A stretch of 64,000 nt of DNA, taken from assembly GCA_963817525.1 (NCBI GenBank), contig CAWFOU010000001.1, positions 1,056,001-1,120,000 on the forward strand. Direction: 5' to 3'. This DNA is from an uncultured archaeon. Lineage in GTDB: Archaea > Thermoproteota > Nitrososphaeria > Nitrososphaerales > Gagatemarchaeaceae. Both the position numbers and the translations under genes were made by a program. The notes below the pieces were generated by a model, which was not told the origin of the DNA, did no database searches, and was given only the letters and a program-made list of their open reading frames with translations. Below are positions 17,335 through 27,158 of this stretch, one piece after another; the stretch's first letter is position 1, and each line of letters opens with the position of its first letter.

Positions 17335-18609
17335 CTAGCCGATTCTCTCGCGCCCTCCCATATACTGCACGAGCGGCTTTGGGATGGCTATCGAGCCGTC
17401 CTTCTGCTGGAAGTTCTCCACCACGGCGACCAGCGCCCGGGTTGTGACCGCCGTCGAGTTGAGCGTGTGCACCAGGGTGGGCTCGGCGCTCTGCTTCTCC
17501 TTGTACCTGATCATCAGGCGCCTGGCCTGATAGTCGGTCACGTTGCTGCACGAGACCATCTCCCTGAACCTCTGCTGGGTGGGCATCCAGGCCTCGAGGT
17601 CGTACTTCTTCGCGGCGACAGTCCCGATGTCGCCTGTGCAGATGTTGACGACGCGGTAGTGCAGGCCCAGGCTCTGGAAGATGGACTCGGAGTTCGCGAT
17701 GAGCTCCTCGTGGAGCTTCCAGCTCTGGTCTGGCTTGGAGAAGACCACCTGCTCGACCTTGTAGAACTGGTGGGTCCGGAAGATCCCCTTGGTGTCTTTC
17801 CCGTGCGCCCCGGCCTCGACCCGGAAGTTGGGGCTGAAGCCGCAGTACTTGAGCGGGAGGGAGTCGCCCGCCATTATCTCGTCCATGTGCATGGCCACGA
17901 GCGGGTGCTCCGAGGTGGCGATGAGGTAGAGGTCGTCGCCTTCGACCTTGTAGATGACCGAGCCAAAATCAGCGAGGTCGACGACGCCCGCGTAGGCCTC
18001 TTTGCGCATCATCAGCGGCGGCCCTACGGCCGTGAAGCCCCTGTCCGAGAGGAAATCCACGGCGTACCTCATTATGGACTGCTCCAGCCTGAGGGCGTCC
18101 CCCTTCAGGAAAAAGAAGCGCGACCCGGAGATCTTCGCCGCCCTCTCCATGTCGAGGAGGCCCAGCTCGCCCAGGAGGTCCTGGTGGTCCTTGGGGGTAA
18201 AGTCGAACTTCCTCGGCTCGCCCCACCTTCTCACCGTCACGTTGCCGCTGTCGTCCGGACCAACGGGGACGGATTCGTCGAGGATGTTGGGGAGCGACAT
18301 GAGTATCTCCCTGACCCGCGCCTGGAGCTCCTGCGTCCTCTTGTCCAGTCCGGCGATCTCCTCGGGGATCCCTTTCACCTCCTTGAGCTTGTCCGTCGCG
18401 TCCTTCCCCGACTTTTTCAACGCCGCCACCTCCGCGGTGAGCTTGTTCTGCGCGTGCCTCAGGTCGTCTACGCGCTTCTTCGCCTGCCGCCACTCCGCGT
18501 CGGCGGCTGCCGCTTCGTCCACGAGGGGGAGCTTGTCCAGCCAGCCTCGCTTCCTGAGGTCTCGCCGGATCACGTCAGGGTTTTCGCGCAGAAGCTTTAC
18601 GTCTAGCAT
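17335..18609 (-). CDS. serS: Serine--tRNA ligase
   Basis: LPN, LIATSE, FRVEAG, RTHQFYKVEQ, KKYDLEAW, SCSN, HTLNST. Confidence 0.97.
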   Translation of the reverse strand: MLDVKLLRENPDVIRRDLRKRGWLDKLPLVDEAAAADAEWRQAKKRVDDLRHAQNKLTAEVAALKKSGKDATDKLKEVKGIPEEIAGLDKRTQELQARVREILMSLPNILDESVPVGPDDSGNVTVRRWGEPRKFDFTPKDHQDLLGELGLLDMERAAKISGSRFFFLKGDALRLEQSIMRYAVDFLSDRGFTAVGPPLMMRKEAYAGVVDLADFGSVIYKVEGDDLYLIATSEHPLVAMHMDEIMAGDSLPLKYCGFSPNFRVEAGAHGKDTKGIFRTHQFYKVEQVVFSKPDQSWKLHEELIANSESIFQSLGLHYRVVNICTGDIGTVAAKKYDLEAWMPTQQRFREMVSCSNVTDYQARRLMIRYKEKQSAEPTLVHTLNSTAVTTRALVAVVENFQQKDGSIAIPKPLVQYMGGRERIG

Positions 18610-18685
18610 GGTTCTCCTCTCTCGTTCTCCGGCCTTGCCCTACCCCACGCTCCGCCGTGAGATAATCGTTGCAGGGCTCGCGGCG

Positions 18686-18985
18686 TCATTGGAGGGCGCT
18701 CCCGAGCCCTCGGGTCTTGGCCTCGACCCAGACGTCCCGGAACAGCCTCGCGTCCGAGACGATGCTCGTCACCGTGCTCAGCGCGGGCCTAGCCCGGGGG
18801 GACGCCACGCTGAAGCGGACGAGGGCGCCCTTCCTCGACGCGTCGAATCGCTGGTCCTTTGGAAAGTAGCGGTTGTCGGGCATCAGCGCTTCGTTGAGGG
18901 CCTCTGCGACGGCCTCGTCTCTGCACTCTATCGAGAGCTCGATCGTCATCGCCGTCTCTGGCCTCTTGCCTTTGCCCGCGCTCAT
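18686..18985 (-). CDS. pcc1: KEOPS subunit Pcc1-like protein
   Basis: AEALNEALMPDN pattern, size, and position in the kae1/bud32 operon. Confidence 0.7.
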   Translation of the reverse strand: MSAGKGKRPETAMTIELSIECRDEAVAEALNEALMPDNRYFPKDQRFDASRKGALVRFSVASPRARPALSTVTSIVSDARLFRDVWVEAKTRGLGSALQ

Positions 18986-20430
18986 CCCCCCGCGACCTTC
19001 TCGAGGACTAGCCTCGTAAATTCGTCCCGCCTCGAGAACGGGATCTTGGCGCCCGCGGCCATGCTGTGGCCTCCCCCAACTCCCCCGACGCTCACGGCCG
19101 CGTCCCGCATCACCTCTCCAAGGTTGACCTTCCCGGGATACGAGTCCCCGATGCGCGACGAGTACTTCAGCTCCGAGTCGCCCGACCTCGCCCTCACCAG
19201 GACGAGCTTGTCACGGAAGCGGTCGGAGGAGGCGAGGAGCGACGAGACCGAGCCAGTCATCCTCTCCTCGATGAACTCCTCGCCCATCACGAGCATGACG
19301 TCCCCCTTTGTGGCGACCTTGTCGGTCTCGAGCTGGAGCTTCTGGATGGCCTTGTTCAGTTTGGTCCGGTATTCGGACATCAGCGCCAGGGCCAGGCGCA
19401 GCGCCTCCTCCCTGTCGCCGAGGCAGATCGCAATCCCCAGGTCGGTCCTGTCCATCCGTCCGCAGGCGTTCAGGACGCTGACGAACTCCCGCGCGTCCCT
19501 CAGCGGTGTGAGGGGGTCCTCGAACTCGAAGGTGTAGACGGTCCCCACTAGGTCCTTGAGGATGTCGGACCCCTGCCCCGCGGAGGCGATGAACCCGGAG
19601 ATGACCTCGATGACCTTCTGCTTCTCGTCGTTGCTGAGCTCGCCGAGGGTGCGCCACCTCCCTCCCTCCTTGAGCTTGAACCCCGCGTTCGAGAGCGCGG
19701 CGAGCGCTGCGTCCTTCGCCCCCGATAGGCCCGAGATGAAGGGGTTGTAGCTCATGGCGATGGCCTCATGCACGGGCCGCGTCTCCCTCCCGTAGAATAG
19801 GAGGTCGTTGGAGACGGCCACCAGCCCCTTCGAGACGGCATCGTCCACGGCCATCTTGTTGAGGCCCCCCAGCGACCTGCCCTCCCCCTTGTCCTGCCGG
19901 TCGCCGAGCGCGCCCACCATGGCGAGAGCAGAGAGGTCGAGGTTCTCCCGCTCGTCGAACGCCTTCGCGAACGCGTACGCCATGGTGGATGAGCACGCCT
20001 CGACTCCTCCGTCGTAGCCGTAGTTCCAGGCGTTGATCAGGCGGGGATGAGAGGAGTCGGCCTCGGGCACCTGGTGGTGGTCGACGACCGCGAACCTCTC
20101 GCCGAAGGCGCCCGAGAGCGCGCCCAAGAGCCCCGAGCCTAGGTCCGTGAACAGGTAAAAGTCGAACTTGTCGGCCTTCAGTCTGTCGATGGCGCGCGGG
20201 TCGAGGTCAGGGATGGCCCTCACCGAGACGGCGAAGTTCTTCCTCGCGAGCGCCGTGAACGCGATCGTCCCGCTGGAGAGGCCGTCGGCGTCTATGTGGG
20301 TGACGACGAGGAACCTCGCGCCGCGACTAGATAGGCCGGATAGGTGCTCCGCCTCCCTCTTGGCCCGGCCCATCAGCGCCCCGAGGTCTTGGCGGAGAGT
20401 CTCGGTCGTAGCAGCCTCGCTCGCTACCAC
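18982..20430 (-). CDS. DHH-family phosphoesterase (RecJ-like exonuclease)
   Basis: HIDADG, TDLG, VDHH, GALGD, DHHA1 GGGHSMAAGA. Confidence 0.92.
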   Translation of the reverse strand: MVASEAATTETLRQDLGALMGRAKREAEHLSGLSSRGARFLVVTHIDADGLSSGTIAFTALARKNFAVSVRAIPDLDPRAIDRLKADKFDFYLFTDLGSGLLGALSGAFGERFAVVDHHQVPEADSSHPRLINAWNYGYDGGVEACSSTMAYAFAKAFDERENLDLSALAMVGALGDRQDKGEGRSLGGLNKMAVDDAVSKGLVAVSNDLLFYGRETRPVHEAIAMSYNPFISGLSGAKDAALAALSNAGFKLKEGGRWRTLGELSNDEKQKVIEVISGFIASAGQGSDILKDLVGTVYTFEFEDPLTPLRDAREFVSVLNACGRMDRTDLGIAICLGDREEALRLALALMSEYRTKLNKAIQKLQLETDKVATKGDVMLVMGEEFIEERMTGSVSSLLASSDRFRDKLVLVRARSGDSELKYSSRIGDSYPGKVNLGEVMRDAAVSVGGVGGGHSMAAGAKIPFSRRDEFTRLVLEKVAGG

Positions 20431-20452
20431 TCCGAGATCGCACCCTTCTATT

Positions 20453-20902
20453 CTAGCTTAGCTGGGCCACTATGGCGCTGTACTTGAAGTCCTGCGGGAG
20501 GACCCCTATCTCCTTGTAGTACTTTGAGAGCCTGTAGATCTTTGCCTCTATGAGCTCGAGAGAGCGGACGTTCTTCCTGTCCGCTTTGTAGGCGTCGAGG
20601 TGAGATTGGACCCTCCTCGCCGAGTCGAGGAGGTTCTGTAGGTCCTCCGGGATGGCTGGCGCGAGCTTGTTCTCCCTGAGCAGCGCCATGACCGACTTGC
20701 CGATTATCGGCTTTACCAGCGGGATCCCATAGTCGTCCCTAAGCCTCACGCCTATGGAGCTGGGGGTGACGCCTTCCTTTGCGAGCTTGATGACCATCGC
20801 CGCGACCTCGTCGGCGCTGTAGGTGAGCCAGCTGGGGGCCCGCTTGCTCGTGGGCCTGGTCTGGTGGCTCTTCCCGTGCCGATGCGAATGAATCCTAGCC
20901 AA
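20453..20902 (-). CDS. rps15: 30S ribosomal protein uS15
   Basis: MARIHSHRHGKSHQTRP, IGVRLRD, PEDL, IEAKIYRLSKYY. Confidence 0.96.
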   Translation of the reverse strand: MARIHSHRHGKSHQTRPTSKRAPSWLTYSADEVAAMVIKLAKEGVTPSSIGVRLRDDYGIPLVKPIIGKSVMALLRENKLAPAIPEDLQNLLDSARRVQSHLDAYKADRKNVRSLELIEAKIYRLSKYYKEIGVLPQDFKYSAIVAQLS

Positions 20903-20950
20903 GCGAAACGATGCGACTCGATTTCCCCCGGTTTAAAACCATTGCCGGCC

Positions 20951-21526
20951 TCAGCACCGGTCTCGCGATAGATACCACTTTGCGAACTTCTTCATCGAGG
21001 CCGCCCTGTGGGAGACGCGGCACTTCTCCTCGACCGTGAGCTCGCCGAAGGTCTTTGGGCCGCCCAGGGGGAGGAATATCGGGTCGAACCCGAATCCTCT
21101 CTTGCCCCTCGGCTTGGCCGTGATAGACCCCAGCGCGGTGCCCTCGAACTGGGTCGGCTCGCCTCCGGGCTCGCAGTAGGCGAGGGAGCTCACGAACCTC
21201 GCACCCCTCCTGGCGGAGGGTCGTAGGAGGGCGACGACCCCTGCGACCCCGATGGTCTTGAACGCGTACGCGGAGTAGGGGCCTGGGAACCCGCCCAGGG
21301 AGTCGACGTACAGGCCCGCGTCCTCCACGAGGACGGGCATCCCAGCCGCGGCCGCCGCACCCTTCGACGAGTAGGCGGCGATCTCCGCCGTGGTCTCCGC
21401 CTGGATCTCGACACCCTTGCCGTCGAACTGCTCGACCCTGAGTTTGAAGGGGGCGAGGATGGCCCGTGCCTCCTCGAGCTTCCCGCGGTTGGAGGTGGCG
21501 AAGACGACCCTACTCGACCCTGGCAT
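20951..21526 (-). CDS. rdgB: Non-canonical purine NTP pyrophosphatase (RdgB/HAM1)
   Basis: ATSNRGK, EDAGL, GFPGPYS, GFGFDPIF, SHR. Confidence 0.93.
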   Translation of the reverse strand: MPGSSRVVFATSNRGKLEEARAILAPFKLRVEQFDGKGVEIQAETTAEIAAYSSKGAAAAAGMPVLVEDAGLYVDSLGGFPGPYSAYAFKTIGVAGVVALLRPSARRGARFVSSLAYCEPGGEPTQFEGTALGSITAKPRGKRGFGFDPIFLPLGGPKTFGELTVEEKCRVSHRAASMKKFAKWYLSRDRC

Positions 21527-22148
21527 ATCTCCCTCTCCTCTCTATCTCGGTGAGCTTCCTTGTTGCGGCCCCCGCCCTCTCCTTGCCCAGGACAGAGGAG
21601 TACCCCGAAAGGAGCGCCTGCATGAACGGCTTTGAGACGGCATGGTGCGCGCCCGTCAGCGTCTCCTTGATCAGCCTCAGGTCCACGGCCTGGTCCTCGA
21701 GCCTCTCGGAGTGCACGGCCAGCCCGAAGTCGATGAGGGAGAAGGCGTCGCCGTCCACCAAGACGTTCGACGTGGTGAGGTCCCCGTGCATGATCCCCGC
21801 GGCGTGGAGCCTGGCGATGCTCTGTCCGAGCTCCTCGCCGAGCGCCTCGACCTTCTCCCTCGTCATCCCCTCCTCGAGCAGGAGCGTCTTGAGCCTCTCG
21901 CCGTCGACATACTCCATGACCAGCAGAGCCTCTGGAGGCGAGAGGTAGTAGAGGTGGGGAGTGGACACGCCCGCGAGCTTGGAGAGGTGGAGCATCTGCG
22001 CCTCGTGCACGGTCCTCTGGGTCCGGATCTGCTTGTCCAGTTCAGGGAGCCGGTAGGGAAGCGGCTTGCGCAGCTTGTAGACGGCGGGCTCCCCGCACCA
22101 GTCGCCCTTGAAGACGTCGGCCTCGGCGCCTCGGTAGAGCAGCCTCAA
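21510..22148 (-). CDS. bud32: KEOPS kinase Bud32
   Basis: RGAEA, HGDLTTSN, IDFGL, AVDL, RRGRY. Confidence 0.93.
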   Translation of the reverse strand: MRLLYRGAEADVFKGDWCGEPAVYKLRKPLPYRLPELDKQIRTQRTVHEAQMLHLSKLAGVSTPHLYYLSPPEALLVMEYVDGERLKTLLLEEGMTREKVEALGEELGQSIARLHAAGIMHGDLTTSNVLVDGDAFSLIDFGLAVHSERLEDQAVDLRLIKETLTGAHHAVSKPFMQALLSGYSSVLGKERAGAATRKLTEIERRGRYARVE

Positions 22149-22152
22149 GGGG

Positions 22153-23163
22153 TCAGCTCCTCCAGGGCGTTGGGACGGTGTCGAGGCGCCAGGACTGCCT
22201 CACCACGCTGTCGGCAACCTTCGGGAGGAACTCGCCGGCCCGGAACGCCAGCAGCCCCGTCCAGGCTATCTGCGCGCCGCAGTCCCCGCTGAACTTGGGA
22301 GGGACGACCTTGACGGAGGCCCCGTGCCTCTTCGCCATGGTCTCGAGCATGTCCGAGAGCCTTTGGTTTGCGGCCACTCCGCCCACCACAAGCAGCTCCT
22401 GGGCGCCGGTGAAGGCCAGTGCGCGCTCTGTCACCTCGGTCGTTATCGCGAAAGCGGTCTCCTGGACCGAGTAGCAAACGTCCTCGAACGACGCCCCGCC
22501 GTCCACGAGCCTCTTCGCGGCGGTGAGGACCCCGGAGAAGGAGACGTCGTTCCCCTTCACGGTGTAGGGGAGCTTCAGATACCTGGTCGATTTTGCGGCC
22601 GCCACCTCTATCCTCCTTCCGCACGGCGAGGCGAACCCGACATGCCGGCCTATCTGGTCGAGGAGCTGGCCCAGCGTCAGGTCGAGGGTCTCCCCCAGGA
22701 CCCGCCACACCCCGTCGGAGTGCGCGACCACCATCGTGTGCCCCCCTGAGATGAGCAGCACCAGCGGGGTCTTCGCGCCGGTCAGGAGGCAGCCGAGCTC
22801 GATGTGCCCGACCGCGTGGTTTACGGCGACGAGCGGCTTACCCGTCGAGAGCGCGAGCGTCCTCGCGGTGACCGCCCCGACCCTGAGGCACGGGCCGAGC
22901 CCGGGCCCCATCGCGTAGGCGATCGCGTCCACGTTCCCAATGTCGGTCTCGCGCTCGCCCCTCCTCTCGAGCGCCTCGTGCACGACCCTCGTCGCGACCT
23001 CGAGGTGGTGGTCGGCGGCCTCGCCCGGATGTATCCCGCTCCCCTCCGGAGGCATGTAGACGTCCTTGGTGTTCGTGAGCACCCCGTCCCGCTCCGTTAC
23101 GACGGAGGCGGAGAACGTGTGGGCCGTGCTCTCGATCCCCAGGACCTTCAAGTTGCCGCGCAT
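22153..23163 (-). CDS. kae1: KEOPS t6A synthase Kae1
   Basis: GIESTAHT, GPGLGPCL, VNHAVGHIE, SGGHT, GETLD, GGVAAN. Confidence 0.95.
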   Translation of the reverse strand: MRGNLKVLGIESTAHTFSASVVTERDGVLTNTKDVYMPPEGSGIHPGEAADHHLEVATRVVHEALERRGERETDIGNVDAIAYAMGPGLGPCLRVGAVTARTLALSTGKPLVAVNHAVGHIELGCLLTGAKTPLVLLISGGHTMVVAHSDGVWRVLGETLDLTLGQLLDQIGRHVGFASPCGRRIEVAAAKSTRYLKLPYTVKGNDVSFSGVLTAAKRLVDGGASFEDVCYSVQETAFAITTEVTERALAFTGAQELLVVGGVAANQRLSDMLETMAKRHGASVKVVPPKFSGDCGAQIAWTGLLAFRAGEFLPKVADSVVRQSWRLDTVPTPWRS

Positions 23164-23233
23164 CTCAGAGCTCTTCTGAGAGGTTTCAGCCCGCGAGACT
23201 TGATAAACTTATTTCGGCGCAGAGGGCCGCGCA

Positions 23234-23674
23234 GTGAGCTCGTCAGTCCAGTCGCTCGAGGTCTCCTATTTCATCCAGATGACAGAGGACGAGGAGAGGG
23301 TGAGGAAGGCCGTCGCGCAGCTCCTGGGCGGGGAGTTCCCCGAGGAGCGCCAGGAGGCGGATGGGCATTTCGGAAACGCCATCGTGTGGGTAAGAATACA
23401 CCTCACTGGCGACGAGGCGGAGACCGCCCTCCGACTGCTCATCTCGCGGATGGACCGGGAGGACAGGAAGGCGGTCCTTGCCGACCTGGGAGGGACGGTG
23501 GACGAGCACGGCGCGCTTTACATAAGGCTCAGCAAGCAGGTGCTACTGATGAAGGGGAGCGCGGTCCTTGCGAGCTCGGACCCCGTGAGGGTGAAGGTGA
23601 AGCCCCGCTCATACGTCATGAAGCGAGACCCCGAGGGGTTCTACACCCGGCTCTTCGAGGGACCGGCCGATTGA
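23234..23674 (+). CDS. DUF54-type RNA-binding protein
   Basis: TEDEERVRKA, GHFGNAI, LYIRLSKQ. Confidence 0.8.
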   Translation: MSSSVQSLEVSYFIQMTEDEERVRKAVAQLLGGEFPEERQEADGHFGNAIVWVRIHLTGDEAETALRLLISRMDREDRKAVLADLGGTVDEHGALYIRLSKQVLLMKGSAVLASSDPVRVKVKPRSYVMKRDPEGFYTRLFEGPAD

Positions 23675-23946
23675 GAGGGCCCCGGCACAAGAGGTACCTG
23701 ATGCTGGCCAGCGAGGCCCCCATCGACGACGAGACGAAGAGGGAACTAACCCACCGGATCGCGAAGATATCGCCCACCATGGCCAAGAAGGCGGTCTGGT
23801 TCGAGCGCGCAGTCATAGTCAAGACCGACAACGTCGACCTCCCTATGGTGAAGGACGCCCTGGAGATGAGCGTGGGAGGGGTCGTCCTCAGGTCGATGCT
23901 CGTCTCGGGCTCGATAGGTAAGCTCAAAAAAGCCGTCCCGGGGTAG
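23671..23946 (+). CDS. Rpp14/Pop5-like RNase P protein (divergent)
   Basis: TTGA overlap; HKRYL N-terminus, IVK, VSGSIGKLKK C-terminus. Confidence 0.6.
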   Translation: MRGPRHKRYLMLASEAPIDDETKRELTHRIAKISPTMAKKAVWFERAVIVKTDNVDLPMVKDALEMSVGGVVLRSMLVSGSIGKLKKAVPG

Positions 23947-23956
23947 CTGGTCGCGA

Positions 23957-24340
23957 ATGGTAACGCTCTTCTCGCCCGAGTTCTACGCTCAGCTCCAGGA
24001 CAACCTCTCCAACGACCCGAAATGGCAGGAGAGCACGAAGGGGCTCAAGACCAGCATCAAGCTCACTTCAAGCAGCCAGGGGGTCTCCTCGACCTACCTC
24101 CTCAAGGTGGAGGACGGGAAGACGACCATCGCCCAGTCCGAGCCCGCGGCGCAGGCGGAGTTCTCCTTCGACGGGACCTACGAGACCTGGGCGAAGGTAG
24201 CGAAGGGGGAGCTGGACTTCCAGTCCGCCGTCCTGAAAGGTGTCCTCAAGTTCAAGGGGTCCATCACCAAGATCCTGTTCTACAAGGACAGGTTCATGAG
24301 GATCGCAGAGGTCATGCGGTCCATCCCCGTCGAAGTCTAG
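23957..24340 (+). CDS. SCP2 sterol/lipid-binding domain protein
   Basis: TWAKVAKGELDFQSAVLKGVLKFKG; next to beta-oxidation genes. Confidence 0.85.
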   Translation: MVTLFSPEFYAQLQDNLSNDPKWQESTKGLKTSIKLTSSSQGVSSTYLLKVEDGKTTIAQSEPAAQAEFSFDGTYETWAKVAKGELDFQSAVLKGVLKFKGSITKILFYKDRFMRIAEVMRSIPVEV

Positions 24341-24346
24341 GGACCT

Positions 24347-24787
24347 TCAGCGCGCCACGAAGACGTAGTAAGGGCTGCCTTCCGAGTCCTTCCTGGGCTC
24401 GAGCCTGAGCTTCGCTCCAGGGCTGAGCTTCATGTGGTCGACCCCTTCCAGCCACGCAAGGACGTTCACCCCGTCCTCCAACCTCCCGATGCCGACAACG
24501 TAGGGGTCGTGGTCGACGAAGCTCGTCGGGGTCACCTGGACGTAGGTGAAGGTGAGTAGCTCCGCGTCGGTCCCCAGCTCCACCCACTCCGCGTTCCCGC
24601 TCATGCAGTTCGGGCAGTCGGCCTGCGGGGGGAAGGTGAGCCTCCCGCAGTCCTTGCATTTCGTCGTGACGAACTTGCCCTCGCCCAGCGCCTCCCAGAA
24701 CCTCTGGGTTTTCGTGATCGGGATGTTGAACCTAAGGGTGAGGCTCCTCTTCGAGCGGAGCGTCGGGGGCGGGTTCTCGTCTGGCAG
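24347..24787 (-). CDS. DUF35 Zn-ribbon/OB-fold thiolase partner
   Basis: FWEALGEGKFVTTKCKDCG..FPPQADCPNC lies upstream of the ORF-track ATG; the open frame begins at CTG 24787 immediately after the thiolase TAG. Confidence 0.85.
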   Translation of the reverse strand: MPDENPPPTLRSKRSLTLRFNIPITKTQRFWEALGEGKFVTTKCKDCGRLTFPPQADCPNCMSGNAEWVELGTDAELLTFTYVQVTPTSFVDHDPYVVGIGRLEDGVNVLAWLEGVDHMKLSPGAKLRLEPRKDSEGSPYYVFVAR

Positions 24788-25951
24788 CTATTTCGACCTC
24801 GAGAGCACCGTGACGTAGCAATAGTGGCCGGTCCCGCCGACGTTGTGGACCAGCCCGATTCCGTTCTTTATCTGGGCCTGCCTGCTTCCGGCCTCGCCCC
24901 TGAGCTGCTTAGAGACCTCGACCATCATCGAGACGCCGGTCGCCCCGATCGGGTGGCCCTTTGCCTTGAGGCCGCCGTCGACGTTGACGGGGATCCTTCC
25001 CCCTACCTCCGTCTGCCCCTCGCGGATGAGCTTCCCCCCTTCCCCCTTGGCGCAGAACCCAAGGTCCTCGTAGGCCATCAGTTCCGCGATGGTGAAGCAG
25101 TCGTGGCAGGTGGCGACGTCCACGTCGCCCGGCCCGACCTTCGCCGCCGAGTAGGCCTTCCTGGAGGCGTCGACGGTTGCCCTGAGCCCCACGAAATCGG
25201 CCCTCTTGCTGAGGTTGGCCGAGTCGGACGAGAACCCCATCCCCTTGATCCAGACCGGGGTGTCGGTGAGGCGCCTGGCCGCCTCCTCGCTCGCGAGCAC
25301 GACGGCGGCCGAGCCGTCGGCGATGGGGCAGGCGTCGTAGAGCTTCAGCGGCCAGGCGATGACCTGCGAGGCGAGCGCCTTCTCCAGGGTGATCTCCTTC
25401 TGGAACTGGGCGAGCGGGTTCATGGAGGCGTAGTGGTGGGCCTTCACGGCGACCCGCGCCATGTCCTCCTCGGTCGTCCCGTATCTGTTCATGTGCGCCA
25501 CGGCGTAGAGGGCATAGTAGGCAGGGAAGGTCATCCCATAGTTCTCGAACTCCCAGAGATAGGAGCCCGACCTCCCCATCAGTTCGACAGAGGTAAGGGT
25601 GTCCACCTCGGTCATCTTCTCGACCCCGACCGCCATGGCGACCTCCGACTCCCCGCTCGCGACGCTGAGGTAGGCGCTCCTGACCGCCGCGCTCCCGCTC
25701 GCGCATGCGGCCTCTACCCTCATCGTCCCCACGTCCTCGAACCCTGCGTATTCGTTGACCAGGACCGCGGGGAGGGACTCCTCATACCACCCGCCCGCGC
25801 TCCCGAGCGTGACGTTGTGGATCTCCTTTTTGTCGACCCCGGAGTCCTCCATCGCCCCCTTGATGGACTCGAATGCCAGCTCAGCCACGTCGACGTCGGT
25901 CCGCCTGCCGAACTTCGAGTGGCCTATCCCGACGATCGCTACGTCTCTCAA
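24788..25951 (-). CDS. Thiolase-family protein (SCP2-thiolase/acetyl-CoA acyltransferase type)
   Basis: VEAACASG, GVEKM, HDCF, GGLKAKGHPIGATG, HNVGG. Confidence 0.92.
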   Translation of the reverse strand: MRDVAIVGIGHSKFGRRTDVDVAELAFESIKGAMEDSGVDKKEIHNVTLGSAGGWYEESLPAVLVNEYAGFEDVGTMRVEAACASGSAAVRSAYLSVASGESEVAMAVGVEKMTEVDTLTSVELMGRSGSYLWEFENYGMTFPAYYALYAVAHMNRYGTTEEDMARVAVKAHHYASMNPLAQFQKEITLEKALASQVIAWPLKLYDACPIADGSAAVVLASEEAARRLTDTPVWIKGMGFSSDSANLSKRADFVGLRATVDASRKAYSAAKVGPGDVDVATCHDCFTIAELMAYEDLGFCAKGEGGKLIREGQTEVGGRIPVNVDGGLKAKGHPIGATGVSMMVEVSKQLRGEAGSRQAQIKNGIGLVHNVGGTGHYCYVTVLSRSK

Positions 25952-25958
25952 TGCCCGC

Positions 25959-27119
25959 TCAGTCCTGCAGGACCTCCCTTGAGAGAATCCAGCGCTGGAC
26001 CTCCGAGGTTCCTTCGACGATGTCGAGAATCTTCGCGTCCCTGAGGTAGCGCTCCAAGGGGAGGAGCTTGCTCAGGCCTATCCCCCCGTGGATCTGGATG
26101 GCCCGCTCACAGACCCAGACCGCGGTCTCCGTGGAGAAGACCTTGGCCATCGAGGCCTCCTTGACGAACTCTTCGCCCTGGTCCCTCAGGTAGGCCGCCC
26201 TGTAGGTGAGGAGGCGGGCCGCCTCGATCCTGGTCACCATGTCAGCGATGAGGAACCTTATCGACTCGAACTTCCCGAGCTGTCTGTCGAAGAGCACCCT
26301 CTTCTTGGAATAGGCTATTGACGCCTCCAGGGCGGCGCTCGCAACCCCCAGCGCCCCCCCTGCCGCCCCCACGCGGCCCTGGTTCAGGACCGCCATCGCG
26401 ATGAGGAACCCGTCGCCCAGGGAGCCCAGCATGTTGGACGCGGGCACGTTGCAGTCGTTGAACACCAGCTCGGCCGTCCCCGTCCCCCTTATCCCGATCA
26501 CCTCCAGCTTGCCCCCCACCCTGAACCCGGGCGTGCCCTTGTCCACGAGGAAAGCGGTCATGCCTGCCGCCCCGTCGGCGACGCTCCCCGTCCTCGTGAA
26601 AAGGACCACGACGTCCGCAAGAAGCCCCTGGGATATCCAGATCTTCGAGCCGTTGATCTTGTACTCGCCCGTGGGGGTCTTCTCTGCCTTGGTCTGGATG
26701 TTGGCGGCGTCGGACCCGGCCCCCGGCTCGGTGAGGCCGTAGGAGCCGATGATCCCCCCCTTTGCGAGGCCGGGGAGGTACTTCTCCTTCTGCTCCTTGG
26801 TCCCGAACTGGGAGATCGGGTAGGCGACGAGGGCGTTCTGCACCCCGATGATCAGCCCAGCGGAGAGGCTCACCTTGGCGATCTCCTCTGCGACCAACAC
26901 CGAGGAGGTCAGATCGAGGCCGAGGCCCCCGTACTCGGTGGGCGTGCCCATCCCGAGGAGGCCGTAGTCCCCCATCTTCCTGGCGAGGTCTCGAGGGTAC
27001 TCGTCCGTCCTGTCGATCTTCTCCGCGATCGGGGCGATCTCCCTCGTGGCAAAGTCCTTCGCCCATGAGCGGAGCTGCTCGTGCTCAGGAGTGAAGCAGA
27101 TCGCGGGAAGGCTTGTCAA
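25959..27119 (-). CDS. Acyl-CoA dehydrogenase
   Basis: GLTEPGAGSD, NGSKIWIS, QIHGGIG, IVEGTSEVQR. Confidence 0.95.
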   Translation of the reverse strand: MTSLPAICFTPEHEQLRSWAKDFATREIAPIAEKIDRTDEYPRDLARKMGDYGLLGMGTPTEYGGLGLDLTSSVLVAEEIAKVSLSAGLIIGVQNALVAYPISQFGTKEQKEKYLPGLAKGGIIGSYGLTEPGAGSDAANIQTKAEKTPTGEYKINGSKIWISQGLLADVVVLFTRTGSVADGAAGMTAFLVDKGTPGFRVGGKLEVIGIRGTGTAELVFNDCNVPASNMLGSLGDGFLIAMAVLNQGRVGAAGGALGVASAALEASIAYSKKRVLFDRQLGKFESIRFLIADMVTRIEAARLLTYRAAYLRDQGEEFVKEASMAKVFSTETAVWVCERAIQIHGGIGLSKLLPLERYLRDAKILDIVEGTSEVQRWILSREVLQD

Positions 27120-27158
27120 TCTTTCTGAAAAAAGGCACGTCCGACTCTATTTATCGTT

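Noticed and set aside
17467-19537. Long antisense ORFs (379 aa, 511 aa; similarly 24824-26044, 30935-31963, 50666-51775)
   Set aside because: Shadow frames of GC-rich genes; they lie opposite clearly conserved proteins and lack motifs.
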